Below, piece after piece: positions 47,629 to 57,481 of a DNA stretch of 64,000 nucleotides. This DNA comes from Bacteroidota bacterium (GTDB taxonomy: Bacteria > Bacteroidota > Bacteroidia > UBA7662 > CANHCV01). The translations under genes were made by a program, and so were the position numbers. Location of the stretch: assembly GCA_947459245.1 (NCBI GenBank), contig CANHCV010000003.1, positions 8,597-72,596 on the forward strand. Direction: 5' to 3'. Below the pieces are notes generated by a model. That model saw only the letters and a list, made by a program, of their open reading frames with translations. It was not told where the DNA came from and did not search any database. The number at the start of each line of letters is the position of its first letter. Positions within the stretch are counted from its first letter, which is position 1.

Positions 47629-50025
47629 ATGAAAGTATCTCTGAATTGGTTGTTGGATTACGTTGGCGAGCCGTTAACCGCCGAAAAAGTAGCTGAAATT
47701 CTTACCCAAACCGGGTTAGAAGTAGAACATATTGAGCAAATTGGCCCCCGTTTAGACGGCCTCATTGTTGGAGAAGTAAAATCGACTACAAAGCACCCGA
47801 ATGCCGATAAATTATCGTGCACCAAGGTTGATGTTGGGACAGGTGAATTATTGGATATTGTTTGCGGGGCGCCCAACGTTGCTGAAGGTCAAAAAGTTAT
47901 TGTTGCGCCCGTGGGTTGCATCATTCATCCCAGCAAGGGCGATGCTTTTGAGATCAAAAAAGCAAAAATTAGAGGAGAAGTTTCCGAAGGCATGTTGTGT
48001 GCCGACGACGAAGTTGGTTTGGGTGAAAGCCACGACGGAATACGGGTGTTACCACCGAATACCCCCATTGGAATTTCTGTGGCTGAAGCCTTAGGAGCAA
48101 CTTCCGATGCCATTTTGGAGGTAGCCATTACGCCCAACAGAACCGATGCCATTTCTCACATGGGCGTTGCTCGAGATTTGTGCGCTTTTCTTCGCAAACC
48201 CATGGTTTTCCCTGAATATCCAGGAAAATTCCCCAATACCGATATGCTTCCGATTGCTGTTCAATTGGATGAAACCGGGAAGTGCAAAAACTACTACGGA
48301 CTTGTGGTGAAAAACGTTAAGGTAGGTCCATCTCCCTTGTGGTTGCAAAACCGTTTGAATGCCGTAGGTATCCGTCCGATCAACTCCATTGTTGATGCGA
48401 CCAACTACGTAATGTTGGAAATGGGGCAACCGCTTCATGCTTTTGATTACGACAAAACCGGTGGAAAAATTCATCTGGGAATGTCCAAGGAAAACGATGT
48501 TTTCCTTGCGCTGGACGGAAAATCATACACCTTAACCGGGCAGGAATTGATGGTTCAAAATGAATCGGAGAACTTGGCCATGGCCGGAGTTATTGGAGGA
48601 AATAGCAGTTCCATCTCAGCTGAAACCAAGAATATTTTGGTGGAAGCCGCTTGGTTTGATGCCAGCGTAGTTCGTGCTGCTTCCAAACGGTTCGAATTGA
48701 AAACCGACGCGGCCTACCGTTTTGAGCGTGGTACCGACCCGAATGGTCCGAAAAATGCCATGCTGCGGGTGGTATCTCTCATTCTTGAAATTGCTGGAGG
48801 CATGGTTGCGGGCGAACTTCACGAGTACCCTCATCCGGTTGAAGGCCCGCAAATTCACCTTTCCATGTTCCATTTGGAAAAATACCTCGGTTTTAAAGTC
48901 AATAAAACCGATCTAAAATCCATTTTGGAACATTTGGACATTCGGGTAATTCAGGACTTCAGCGATGTATTGCTGATTCAACCGCCCACGTACCGTACGG
49001 ACGTAACCCGAGAAATCGACGTGATTGAAGAATTTTTGCGGATTTATGGGTTCGAGAATATTCCTTTCACCGGGGTAGTTTCGTTTGGCGACACTTTCCC
49101 AAAAAAACAACAGAAATACCGAATCAAACAACTGACCTCCTTCCACTTGGCAGGAAATGGTTACTTTGAAATCCTCAATAATTCTCTAACTTCTAAGGAG
49201 GCTATCGAGTTCATTGACCTTCCCGAAGACGAGATCATTGCCCTAAAAAATCCTTTGAGTGAGGAGCTATCCATTCTTCGGAATAATTTGTTGTACGGTG
49301 GATTAAAAACGATTCAATACAATTTGGCGCGACAGCAGCACCACTTGAAATTTTTCGAGTTTGGGGTTAGCCACACCACCCGTATGGAGAAATATTTCGA
49401 AACGGAATTGTTGGGCATTTGGCTCACCGGGAACACCCACGAAGAACACTGGTACCAACAGCCACAAAAATCGGACTTTTACCAACTGAATGCCATTGTT
49501 CACAACATTTTCAAACGGTTGAATATTCAAACCACCGAGGTTTCTGAATTCAAAAACAAAATTTTTAACAACGGATTAAAATACAAAGTTAAAAACCGGG
49601 TTCTGTGTGAAATCGGACGGGTAAATCAGCCGTTGCTGAAGAAAATGGACATCAAACAGGATGTTTTCTATGCAAGAATCAATTGGGAAGTGGTGAAAGA
49701 AATGGCCACTCAAGAGAAGATTTCTTTCCATGAGCCCAGCAAGTTTCCGGCGATGGAACGCGATTTGGCCTTGGTTGTCGATCAAAAAGTGCTGTTTAGG
49801 GATTTGCAACATTCGATGCAAGAATTGGACTTTGCCGATTTGGAATCGATGAATGTTTTTGATGTTTATGAAGGAAAGTCGTTGGAAACGGGTAAAAAGT
49901 CCTACGGTTTGAAGTTCACCTTCCGAAATCCAACCCGAACTTTGAAGAGTGAAGAAGTTGATCAAATAATGCAGAAATTAATGGTTACCTTTGAGCAACA
50001 AAACGGAGCCATCATTCGTCAATAA
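47629..50025 (+). CDS. pheT: phenylalanine--tRNA ligase beta subunit
   Basis: Start at MKVSLNWLLDYV. tRNA-binding OB domain (HPNADKLSCTKVDVG), B3/4 and B5 domains, and a C-terminal FDX-ACB domain. Confidence 0.95.
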   Translation: MKVSLNWLLDYVGEPLTAEKVAEILTQTGLEVEHIEQIGPRLDGLIVGEVKSTTKHPNADKLSCTKVDVGTGELLDIVCGAPNVAEGQKVIVAPVGCIIHPSKGDAFEIKKAKIRGEVSEGMLCADDEVGLGESHDGIRVLPPNTPIGISVAEALGATSDAILEVAITPNRTDAISHMGVARDLCAFLRKPMVFPEYPGKFPNTDMLPIAVQLDETGKCKNYYGLVVKNVKVGPSPLWLQNRLNAVGIRPINSIVDATNYVMLEMGQPLHAFDYDKTGGKIHLGMSKENDVFLALDGKSYTLTGQELMVQNESENLAMAGVIGGNSSSISAETKNILVEAAWFDASVVRAASKRFELKTDAAYRFERGTDPNGPKNAMLRVVSLILEIAGGMVAGELHEYPHPVEGPQIHLSMFHLEKYLGFKVNKTDLKSILEHLDIRVIQDFSDVLLIQPPTYRTDVTREIDVIEEFLRIYGFENIPFTGVVSFGDTFPKKQQKYRIKQLTSFHLAGNGYFEILNNSLTSKEAIEFIDLPEDEIIALKNPLSEELSILRNNLLYGGLKTIQYNLARQQHHLKFFEFGVSHTTRMEKYFETELLGIWLTGNTHEEHWYQQPQKSDFYQLNAIVHNIFKRLNIQTTEVSEFKNKIFNNGLKYKVKNRVLCEIGRVNQPLLKKMDIKQDVFYARINWEVVKEMATQEKISFHEPSKFPAMERDLALVVDQKVLFRDLQHSMQELDFADLESMNVFDVYEGKSLETGKKSYGLKFTFRNPTRTLKSEEVDQIMQKLMVTFEQQNGAIIRQ

Positions 50026-50031
50026 CACAAC

Positions 50032-50301
50032 ATGTTGGAATCATTACTTACCACGTTAGACCGCATCTATCTCAAAGCCAATCGGTTAAGTTCTATCGTT
50101 GAACAACAACGCATTGAACTCCATTCGGTTCGAGATGAGAACCAAACCCTGGTTCGGGTCAATTTGGAATTGAATCAACGCCTTCAAGATCTGGAGCAAA
50201 AGCTTCATCAAGGAGGAAACATGGTTCCGGTGGAAAAATTTGAAGAATTAAAAAGAGAAATAGACTTAATAATCAAAAATATCGACAACAAAATCGGTTA
50301 A
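50032..50301 (+). CDS. small coiled-coil protein, 89 aa, immediately upstream of zapA
   Basis: Heptad-like, Leu/Glu/Gln-rich sequence. Tightly packed between pheT and zapA. Confidence 0.6.
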   Translation: MLESLLTTLDRIYLKANRLSSIVEQQRIELHSVRDENQTLVRVNLELNQRLQDLEQKLHQGGNMVPVEKFEELKREIDLIIKNIDNKIG

Positions 50302-50322
50302 GTATGCGCTTAGCCTCAAACT

Positions 50323-50610
50323 ATGGAAGATAAGATCAGAATAAAATTAAGCATTGGTAATCGTCAATACCCGCTATCGATAGCGCCGGAAGACGAGAAT
50401 CAGGTTCGTCAAGCTGCGGAAGCTGTGAACGAAAAGCTTCGTACATTCATGGATTCTTATTCTGTAGCCGATCCGGTTGATTTACTTTCGATGTGTGCCT
50501 TGTATTTCGCAACAGAATTTGAGCGATTGCAACAGGTTCAAAATAAAGCCCAAAGCGAAGTTTCGCAAAAATTAGTGCTGATTGAAGGATTGATCGAAAA
50601 AGGACTTTGA
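50323..50610 (+). CDS. zapA: cell division protein ZapA
   Basis: IKLSIGNRQYPLSIAPEDENQVRQAAEAVNEKL. 95 aa. Conserved position upstream of rny. Confidence 0.8.
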   Translation: MEDKIRIKLSIGNRQYPLSIAPEDENQVRQAAEAVNEKLRTFMDSYSVADPVDLLSMCALYFATEFERLQQVQNKAQSEVSQKLVLIEGLIEKGL

Positions 50611-50646
50611 GATAACCGCCTATTTAGCCATTAAATCACAGATCTA

Positions 50647-52209
50647 ATGGAAATTATAGGTTACATTATTGCCGCAGTGGTTGGTGGAGGAACAGGGTTC
50701 TTCCTAGGCCGCAACTTACTTCTCTCCATGTTTAAAGGAGAGCAAATCAAGGCAAAAGCAGAAGCTGAAGCCATCTTAAAAACAGCCGATGAAAAGGCTA
50801 AAAACATCGCTAAAGAAAAAGAATTAGAAATTCGAGAAAAATTCGATCAGCAGCGCCGAGATTACAACCAAGACGTTGAACGAAGAAATCGCGAATTGAA
50901 CGAGAAAGAGCAGAAAGCGAAACAGCGCGACCAGCAATTGTCCCAAAAAATGGAACAAGTAGCGCGCAAAGAGCAGGAATTAACCCAAGCACAATCGCAA
51001 ACTGAAAAGCTTCAAGAACAATTAACAACCCGAAAAGGAGAATTGGATAAAGCTCATCATGAAGCCGTTAGCCGATTGGAGAAAATTGCTGGAGTATCGG
51101 CCGAAGAAGCTAAAAACGAGTTGATTTCTGCACTAAAAGAAGAAGCACGTGCAAAAGCCTTGGCCCAAGTGAAAGAGGTGATCGACGAGGCAAAATCTAC
51201 CGCTGCGAAAGAAGCGAAGAAAGTAGTGATCGAAACCATTCAACGCACAGCCACCGAACACGCCATCGAGAATTCTATTTCTGTTTTCCCCATCAAATCG
51301 GATGAGGTTAAGGGTCAAATCATCGGACGTGAAGGAAGAAACATTCGTGCACTTGAAGCCGCAACGGGAGTTGAAGTGATTGTAGACGATACCCCCGATG
51401 CCGTAATTCTGTCTTGTTTCGATCCTCTTCGCAGGGAAATTGCTCGTTTGAGTTTGCACCGATTGGTAACCGATGGCCGTATTCACCCTGCTCGCATTGA
51501 AGAAGTGGTAGTCAAGGTGAAGAAGCAAATCGAAGATGAAATCATGGAAATCGGTGAGCGCACTTGCATCGATTTGGGAATTACCGGATTGCACAAAGAA
51601 TTGGTTCGATTGGTTGGAAAAATGCGCTACCGCTCTTCTTACGGTCAGAATTTATTGCAACACTCCCGTGAAGTGGCCAACCTTTGTGCCACCATGGCAG
51701 CAGAGCTGGGATTGAATCCGAAGTTGGCCAAACGCGCCGGATTGTTGCACGATATTGGTAAAGTACCCGACGATAATCCAGAATTGCCTCACGCCATTTT
51801 AGGAATGGAGTTGGCCAAGAAATACAACGAACATCCAGTGGTATGCAACGCTATTGGAGCTCACCACGATGAAATTGAAATGACCGATCCCATTTCGGCC
51901 ATCATTCAAGCGTGCGATGCTGTTTCTGGTGCAAGACCAGGCGCTCGCCGAGAAGTGGTTGAAAGCTACTTGAAGCGTTTGAAAGAATTGGAATCCATCG
52001 CAAATGGTTTCAACGGCGTTCAAAAATCCTATGCTATTCAAGCTGGACGTGAATTGAGGGTTATTGTAGAATCGGAAAAAGTAACCGATGAACAATCCGA
52101 TCTTTTGAGCGTTTCCATCTCAGAAAAAATCCAAAACGAAATGCAGTACCCTGGCCAAATCAAGGTGACCGTGATTCGTGAGAAAAGAGCAGTATCATTC
52201 GCAAAATAA
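50647..52209 (+). CDS. rny: ribonuclease Y
   Basis: N-terminal TM helix, coiled coil, KH domain ([15 protein letters not shown]) and HD domain (LLHDIGK...GAHH). 520 aa. Confidence 0.95.
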   Translation: MEIIGYIIAAVVGGGTGFFLGRNLLLSMFKGEQIKAKAEAEAILKTADEKAKNIAKEKELEIREKFDQQRRDYNQDVERRNRELNEKEQKAKQRDQQLSQKMEQVARKEQELTQAQSQTEKLQEQLTTRKGELDKAHHEAVSRLEKIAGVSAEEAKNELISALKEEARAKALAQVKEVIDEAKSTAAKEAKKVVIETIQRTATEHAIENSISVFPIKSDEVKGQIIGREGRNIRALEAATGVEVIVDDTPDAVILSCFDPLRREIARLSLHRLVTDGRIHPARIEEVVVKVKKQIEDEIMEIGERTCIDLGITGLHKELVRLVGKMRYRSSYGQNLLQHSREVANLCATMAAELGLNPKLAKRAGLLHDIGKVPDDNPELPHAILGMELAKKYNEHPVVCNAIGAHHDEIEMTDPISAIIQACDAVSGARPGARREVVESYLKRLKELESIANGFNGVQKSYAIQAGRELRVIVESEKVTDEQSDLLSVSISEKIQNEMQYPGQIKVTVIREKRAVSFAK

Positions 52210-52215
52210 AAAGTT

Positions 52216-52815
52216 ATGAGTTTTGAATTACCCCAATTGCCCTACGCATACGATGCGTTAGAGCCCCATATTGATGCTCGTACCATGGAAATCCACCATT
52301 CCAAGCATCATCAAGCCTACATCACTAATTTGAACAATGCCGTAGCTGGTACCGAATTGGAAGGCAAAAGCTTGGAAGAATTGATGAACGTTTGCAAGGA
52401 TAATACCCCGGTTCGAAACAACGGTGGTGGACATTGGAACCATACTTTTTTCTGGAGTATTCTTTCGCCCAACGGTGGTGGAGAGCCAACCGGAAAAATT
52501 GGCGAAGCCATTGAAAAGACTTTCGGTTCTTACGAAAGTTTCAAAGTTGAATTCACCAAAGCTGCAACAACACGTTTTGGTTCTGGATGGGCGTGGTTGT
52601 GCTTGCATGCCGATGGCTCATTGGAAATTTGCAGCACGCCCAATCAAGACAACCCCATGATGCCCGGTTTAGGATATTGCGGTGGTCAACCAATCCTTGG
52701 TTTAGACGTTTGGGAACATGCCTATTATTTGCACTACCAAAACCGCCGTCCCGACTATATTTCGGCATTTTTCAACCTAATCAATTGGGAAAAAGTGAAC
52801 TCATTCATGGGTTAA
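52216..52815 (+). CDS. Fe/Mn superoxide dismutase
   Basis: [28 protein letters not shown] and [12 protein letters not shown]. Confidence 0.95.
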   Translation: MSFELPQLPYAYDALEPHIDARTMEIHHSKHHQAYITNLNNAVAGTELEGKSLEELMNVCKDNTPVRNNGGGHWNHTFFWSILSPNGGGEPTGKIGEAIEKTFGSYESFKVEFTKAATTRFGSGWAWLCLHADGSLEICSTPNQDNPMMPGLGYCGGQPILGLDVWEHAYYLHYQNRRPDYISAFFNLINWEKVNSFMG

Positions 52816-52895
52816 TCGTTTAACAATCAGCCTCCAAAAAAGAAAATATTTTTATTTTTTTTACTTGAACTTTTGGAAGTACAGATTTTTAATAT

Positions 52896-52903
52896 TACAT
52901 TTG
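52896..52903 (+). promoter_or_regulatory. candidate promoter of the ArsR-family gene (-7 TAcaTTTG, -33 TTG at 52873-52875)
   Basis: TACATTTG lies 30 nt upstream of the ATG at 52934, with a TTG 20 nt further upstream. An imperfect inverted repeat GTGTTaa-N8-ttaAACAC follows at 52902-52924. Confidence 0.35.
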
Positions 52904-52933
52904 TGTTAACCTGATATTTAAACACGAAGAAAA

Positions 52934-53245
52934 ATGGTAGAAGCTAAATCTTTGGTTAGCCAGTTAACTCTGAAAGACCTTAAAAATACAGCAAAAGTAT
53001 TCCGTGCGATCAATCACCCCTTGCGTTTGGAAATCGTTCGTTTGATCGAAACCAACGTCAGCATGAACGTAACTCGCATTTACATCAAATTACGCATCGA
53101 ACAATCAGTTGCTTCCCAGCACTTGGCCATTTTGCGTGAAGCTGAAATTTTAAACTTCAAACGCGACGGTAAAGAAATTCATTATTCGGTAAATCAAGAG
53201 CGTATCCAAATTCTTTTGGATGCCATCAAAATCTTGAAAGACTAA
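52934..53245 (+). CDS. ArsR/SmtB family winged-helix transcriptional regulator
   Basis: FRAINHPLRLEIVRLI...VTRIYIKLRIEQSVASQHLAILREAEILNFKRDGKEIHYSVN. Confidence 0.85.
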   Translation: MVEAKSLVSQLTLKDLKNTAKVFRAINHPLRLEIVRLIETNVSMNVTRIYIKLRIEQSVASQHLAILREAEILNFKRDGKEIHYSVNQERIQILLDAIKILKD

Positions 53246-53266
53246 AAAAATTCAACCCAAATCATC

Positions 53267-53295
53267 AAAACTGCCTGAACCGGCAGTTTTTTTTT
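53267..53295 (+). terminator. rho-independent terminator
   Basis: AAAACTGCC-TGAACC-GGCAGTTTTTTTTT lies 22 nt after the ArsR-family stop. The A-tract/T-tract symmetry suggests it could work in both directions. Confidence 0.6.
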
Positions 53296-53317
53296 GCAAA
53301 AAAGTGTACCTTTAATT

Positions 53318-54076
53318 ATGGGATTTTTTAGTCAGCTATTCGGCAGTAAACAGAAGAAAGAAAGCTTAACCAATTTAAGCATTCTGGGATGTGATATGCA
53401 CTCGCATTTTATTCCCGCCATCGATGATGGATCCAAGAGTTTAGAAGAAACCATGAGCATGCTTCAGTCCCTATCAGACTTGGGCATCCAAAGGTTCATT
53501 ACTACGCCTCACATCATGGGCGACTTTTACCAAAATTCTGCAGAAACCATCAATCCTGGCCTGGAAAAAATAAGAGAAGAAATCAAGAAAGAGGGAAAGC
53601 ATTGGGAGATTAGAGCAGCAGCTGAGTATTACATGGACCATGAGTTTCTATCTAAACTTGATTCAGGTCCGCTGCTAACCGTTCACAAGAATAAGGTTTT
53701 GGTGGAGTTTTCTTACATCAACCGACCTAATAACATGAAGGATATGTTGTTTGCTTTGAAGATTAACGGTTATCAGCCCATTGTTGCACACCCAGAACGT
53801 TACCCTTACCTGTATACTTCCATGAAGGAATACGAAGATCTTCTCGATTTTGAGGTTGATTTTCAATTGAACTTGGGGTCGATCTCTGGAATGTATTCCC
53901 AAGGAGCTCAAAAAATTGCACTTGAATTGATGAAACGCGGATGGATTTCTTATGTTGGAACCGATATGCACAACATGAAAAACTACCCCTTTTACGAGGC
54001 ACTCTTAAACATCCCAGAATTTGTAGATTTGGTTGACTCTGGCAAACTAAAAAATGCCGAACTATTCAAGGACTAA
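53318..54076 (+). CDS. PHP-family protein-tyrosine phosphatase (CpsB/YwqE type)
   Basis: Start at MGFFSQLFG. Motifs CDMHSHFIPAIDDGSKSLEETMSML, TPHI and VAHPERYPY. Confidence 0.8.
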   Translation: MGFFSQLFGSKQKKESLTNLSILGCDMHSHFIPAIDDGSKSLEETMSMLQSLSDLGIQRFITTPHIMGDFYQNSAETINPGLEKIREEIKKEGKHWEIRAAAEYYMDHEFLSKLDSGPLLTVHKNKVLVEFSYINRPNNMKDMLFALKINGYQPIVAHPERYPYLYTSMKEYEDLLDFEVDFQLNLGSISGMYSQGAQKIALELMKRGWISYVGTDMHNMKNYPFYEALLNIPEFVDLVDSGKLKNAELFKD

Positions 54077-55142
54077 AATCTATTCATTAGCAGGAGTTTT
54101 CTTTCTGCTATGGTTGGGATTGCATTTTTTTCCTGGAAAAATAAGCATGTTCAATTACTTTGATTGGACCGACTTTCAAGAAAAAGAGATTCCTGCTCAA
54201 AAATACCTTCAATCGGTTATCGATTATCACCGTGAGTTTCCGGCATTTGCCCGCCGGTGGTTCTCCAATTTTTGGTACGGACTTTTCCCAACATCCATTT
54301 CCGGATATGGCTTTATTTTCAGCGAATGCTTGGCCATGGTTGCTTTCGGATTTTTATGGTTAAAGCGTAATGGCCAAAATATTCTTCCCGTTTTTCTTTT
54401 CTTTTTCAGCTTTCCGGTTTTATTCGCTTGGTTTCCTTCCCAATACACCTTTGAAGAACCTTTTCTTTGGCTGTTTTTATTGGGCTTCACCACTTATTTA
54501 TCAAAGAAACAATGGGCTTCAGGTGTTTTCGCACTTCTGGCCATCCTAACTCGGGAAACAGCCCTTCTTTTCTTACTCCCATGGCTGTGGGTGGAAAATC
54601 GCTTATCCTTTCGTTGGGTCTTGGTCTTGCTCGTTGGAATGGTTCCATATTTTTTTCAAGGGAAACACCTTTCCACCGAAATGCATGACCGATGGCAGCT
54701 ATTGGTGAAATACAATTTCCAAAATCAAACCTTTTCCATTGAAACCATTCTTTACTTCTTTCTCACCTTTTTTCCAACGTTGTTTTTTCTGTTTCAGCAA
54801 CCAAAGAAAGATCGGAAGGCCTTTCTCATCCTTCTCTTCATCAACACCTTTTTGGTGATCTTTGCAGCCAAAGCTCGGGAATCCCGACTGCACCTCATTC
54901 CCTTGCTTTTCATCTTGTTACGGTGGAAACCCCACAACCTTCAACCGCCAAAACCGATCTCCATCATCCTCGGAATCCTTGGTGCGGGTTGTTGTGGTCT
55001 TTTCTTTTATTCTGGATACTGGGGTCCCTCGGGCGCCATGGTTGAAACGGTTTGGATTCGAGAATATGGAATTCTTTGGGGTGGGTTATTTGGATTAACG
55101 GCAGGAATGCTTATTTTTGGGAAATCAACAAATCAAAAATGA
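54054..55142 (+). CDS. polytopic membrane protein of unknown function, 362 aa (possibly GT-C-like)
   Basis: About 10 hydrophobic segments. The [16 protein letters not shown] loop resembles GT-C/PMT_2-type glycosyltransferases only weakly. Overlaps the phosphatase gene by 23 nt and gcvH by ATGA. Confidence 0.6.
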   Translation: MPNYSRTKIYSLAGVFFLLWLGLHFFPGKISMFNYFDWTDFQEKEIPAQKYLQSVIDYHREFPAFARRWFSNFWYGLFPTSISGYGFIFSECLAMVAFGFLWLKRNGQNILPVFLFFFSFPVLFAWFPSQYTFEEPFLWLFLLGFTTYLSKKQWASGVFALLAILTRETALLFLLPWLWVENRLSFRWVLVLLVGMVPYFFQGKHLSTEMHDRWQLLVKYNFQNQTFSIETILYFFLTFFPTLFFLFQQPKKDRKAFLILLFINTFLVIFAAKARESRLHLIPLLFILLRWKPHNLQPPKPISIILGILGAGCCGLFFYSGYWGPSGAMVETVWIREYGILWGGLFGLTAGMLIFGKSTNQK

Positions 55143-55519
55143 ATTTTCCAAGCGATTTAAAGTACACCAAAGAACACGAATGGGTTCGTGTTGAAGGAGA
55201 TGTTGCCACCATTGGCATTACCGAGTTTGCTCAAAGTGAATTGGGTGACATTGTTTTCATTGATATCAATACCATTGGAGACTCCATTGGCCAAGACGAA
55301 ATCTTCGGGGCTGTAGAAGCCGTAAAAACCGTTTCTGATTTGTTTATGCCCATTTCAGGTGAAGTTCTTGAAAAGAACGATGCCCTCGACTCCTCCCCAG
55401 AATCGGTAAACTCCGATCCTTACGGCGCAGGATGGATGATCAAAGTAAAAATGAGCGATCCATCGGAAATGGATGGCCTACTTTCTGCTGAAACATACCG
55501 TGAAATGGTAGGACACTAA
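55139..55519 (+). CDS. gcvH: glycine cleavage system protein H
   Basis: Start at [20 protein letters not shown]. Lipoyl-lysine motif [18 protein letters not shown]. Confidence 0.95.
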   Translation: MNFPSDLKYTKEHEWVRVEGDVATIGITEFAQSELGDIVFIDINTIGDSIGQDEIFGAVEAVKTVSDLFMPISGEVLEKNDALDSSPESVNSDPYGAGWMIKVKMSDPSEMDGLLSAETYREMVGH

Positions 55520-55543
55520 AACAACCAACCCTTGAATATGAAG

Positions 55544-55568
55544 CCCTCCCCCGTTGGAGGGTTTTTTT
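55544..55568 (+). terminator. rho-independent terminator of gcvH
   Basis: CCCTCC-CCCGTT-GGAGGG followed by TTTTTTT, 24 nt after the stop. Confidence 0.75.
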
Positions 55569-55600
55569 ATGCCTGAAAAATTAATTTTGCTTTATCTAGT

Positions 55601-55624
55601 ACTTGGTATTGCAAAGTACCAAGT
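55601..55624. promoter_or_regulatory. 8-bp perfect inverted repeat ACTTGGTA-N8-TACCAAGT, candidate PadR operator
   Basis: The arms are at 55601-55608 and 55617-55624. The repeat sits immediately upstream of a TAGATTTG -7 box (55632-55639) and the padR-family gene. Confidence 0.4.
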
Positions 55625-55643
55625 CATGCATTAGATTTGCAGC

Positions 55644-55973
55644 ATGAATGAAGACAATTTCCGTTCTCAAATGAAAAAAGGCATTCTCGAATTGTGCGTC
55701 CTAAAGGTTGTGCAGTTTCAAGAATGTTACGCTTCAAACATTTCAGAACGATTAAAAAAAGTCGATTTGTTGGTCGTAGAGGGAACGCTTTATCCCCTAC
55801 TTACCCGACTTAAAAATGCCGGTTGGATTGAGTACCGTTGGGAGGAGAGCAAATCGGGACCGCCGCGCAAATACTACCAAATTACCGAAGAAGGAAAAGT
55901 GATCCTTAAAAAACTTGAAAAAGAGTGGGATGCTCTCACCCAATCCATTCAATCTCTAAATCAACCGTTATGA
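55644..55973 (+). CDS. PadR family transcriptional regulator (alternative start 55671)
   Basis: MKKGILELCVLKVV...EGTLYPLLTRLKNAGWIEYRWEESKSGPPRKYYQITEEG. The -7 box at 55632-55639 fits the second ATG (55671) better. Confidence 0.85.
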   Translation: MNEDNFRSQMKKGILELCVLKVVQFQECYASNISERLKKVDLLVVEGTLYPLLTRLKNAGWIEYRWEESKSGPPRKYYQITEEGKVILKKLEKEWDALTQSIQSLNQPL

Positions 55974-57481
55974 AGAAAACCATCAATATAAACGTTAGTG
56001 GCCAACTGTTCCATGTAGACGACGATGCCTTTGATCAATTGAGTCGTTACCTAAAAAGTTTAGAGGCGTTGTTGAAGCAACAAGAAGGAGGCCAAGAAAT
56101 TTATCAAGACATCGAAGCCCGAATTGCGGAATTGTTTCAGGAAAAGCTTTCCTCCAAGAGCCAAATCGTAACCCTTGAAATGGTGCAAGACGTGATTGCA
56201 CAAATTGGAACCCCTGAAGAACTAATGGGCGACGAAAAAGAAACCGCTGAGCATGTTCATGAAGAAACGTTTACCACCTCCCGCCGACTTTATCGGGATG
56301 GAGATGACAAGATGATTGGGGGCGTGGCGGCAGGAATTGCAGCTTACTTCCAAATCGACCCCACCGTGGTTCGTGTTTTGGCAGCTATCCTCATTTTTAG
56401 CGGCGTAGGATTCGGATTCTACCTTCTGCTGTGGATTGTTATTCCCGAAGCCAAAACCCCCGCAGAACGTTTGAAAATGAAAGGAGAGCCGGTAAATCTA
56501 AAAAATCTGCAAGATCAAACCAGCAAGGAATTTAACGACATTAAAGCAAGAATGGAGAACTGGATGAACAGGGAACCGAAAAATGCTTTTGAACGGATCA
56601 TGGCTTTTTTCACCCAAATCCTTCAATTCGTTTGGAAGGTCTTTTCCAAAGTTGTTCGGTGGGTCCTACTTTCTTTCCTAATCTTTTTCTTACTCACCCT
56701 TTCAATTTTGCTGTTGGGAATTTTCTTTACGGGAATTCAAGTTGGAACCGTTCATCTTCTCCCTTCCGAAATTTCCGAAATTTTAAGCCATTTCTTACCG
56801 GAAGGGTTCGATGCCTTTTCTTTTTGGGCCATCGGCTTTTTATTGCTCCTTGCCCCCATTTACTGGGTAATCTCCATCGCCATTCGTTTGATTTTTCACT
56901 TACCGAAGTCCAATCCGATTCTAAAAAAGCTCAATACTGCTGTAGGAATTCTTTCAGGAATTGGCTGGGTATTGGGGTTTGTATTAGCGGTTCAGTTGGC
57001 TATAGAATTTCGCTCCACCGACTCGGTTGTTCAGAAAATCGACTTGCCTCTGGTGAATCAATACACCTTGGTTAATGTTAAAACCAATCCACCTTCTTCT
57101 CAGTTGGAATTCAATGAAGATGGCGTTTCTTGGACCATCCATGAAAAAAATTGGTACCAGAATTCCGTTGAGGTGGAGGTGAACGATGCACCAGATTCGA
57201 CTGCTTTTGTAAAGGTGGTTCGAATTTCAAAAGGAAAAGACCGCGAGACAGCACACGAATTCGCCGAATCCATTCAGTACTCCATCCAAATCGATTCAAC
57301 GGGAAGAATTGTTTTACCCAGCCACTTCTCCTTTCCACTTTCTCGATCTTACCGAGGACAACACGTTCGAATTCGAATTTTCTTGCCGAAATCCAAGGAA
57401 ATCATTCAACAAATCGACGATCAATGCACTTTCCCTACGGTTGACCGGAGGGAGATTTCAAACATCAAGCATTTGTATTGA
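55970..57481 (+). CDS. PspC domain-containing membrane protein
   Basis: Start at MKKTININVSGQLFHVDDDAF (ATGA overlap with padR). PspC domain RLYRDGDDKMIGGVAAGIAAYFQIDPTVVRVLAAILIF. Several TM segments and a C-terminal beta-rich domain. Confidence 0.8.
   Translation: MKKTININVSGQLFHVDDDAFDQLSRYLKSLEALLKQQEGGQEIYQDIEARIAELFQEKLSSKSQIVTLEMVQDVIAQIGTPEELMGDEKETAEHVHEETFTTSRRLYRDGDDKMIGGVAAGIAAYFQIDPTVVRVLAAILIFSGVGFGFYLLLWIVIPEAKTPAERLKMKGEPVNLKNLQDQTSKEFNDIKARMENWMNREPKNAFERIMAFFTQILQFVWKVFSKVVRWVLLSFLIFFLLTLSILLLGIFFTGIQVGTVHLLPSEISEILSHFLPEGFDAFSFWAIGFLLLLAPIYWVISIAIRLIFHLPKSNPILKKLNTAVGILSGIGWVLGFVLAVQLAIEFRSTDSVVQKIDLPLVNQYTLVNVKTNPPSSQLEFNEDGVSWTIHEKNWYQNSVEVEVNDAPDSTAFVKVVRISKGKDRETAHEFAESIQYSIQIDSTGRIVLPSHFSFPLSRSYRGQHVRIRIFLPKSKEIIQQIDDQCTFPTVDRREISNIKHLY

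Noticed and set aside
50611-50646. A small RNA (6S-like) downstream of zapA, by analogy with the enterobacterial zapA-ssrS linkage
   Set aside because: The zapA-rny gap is only 36 nt, far too short for a 6S RNA.
57465-57481. Convergent 3' overlaps (here 17 nt; also 13126-13131 and 27386-27417) as antisense regulatory devices
   Set aside because: Short convergent overlaps are common in compact genomes, and nothing in the sequence points to a regulatory function beyond compaction.
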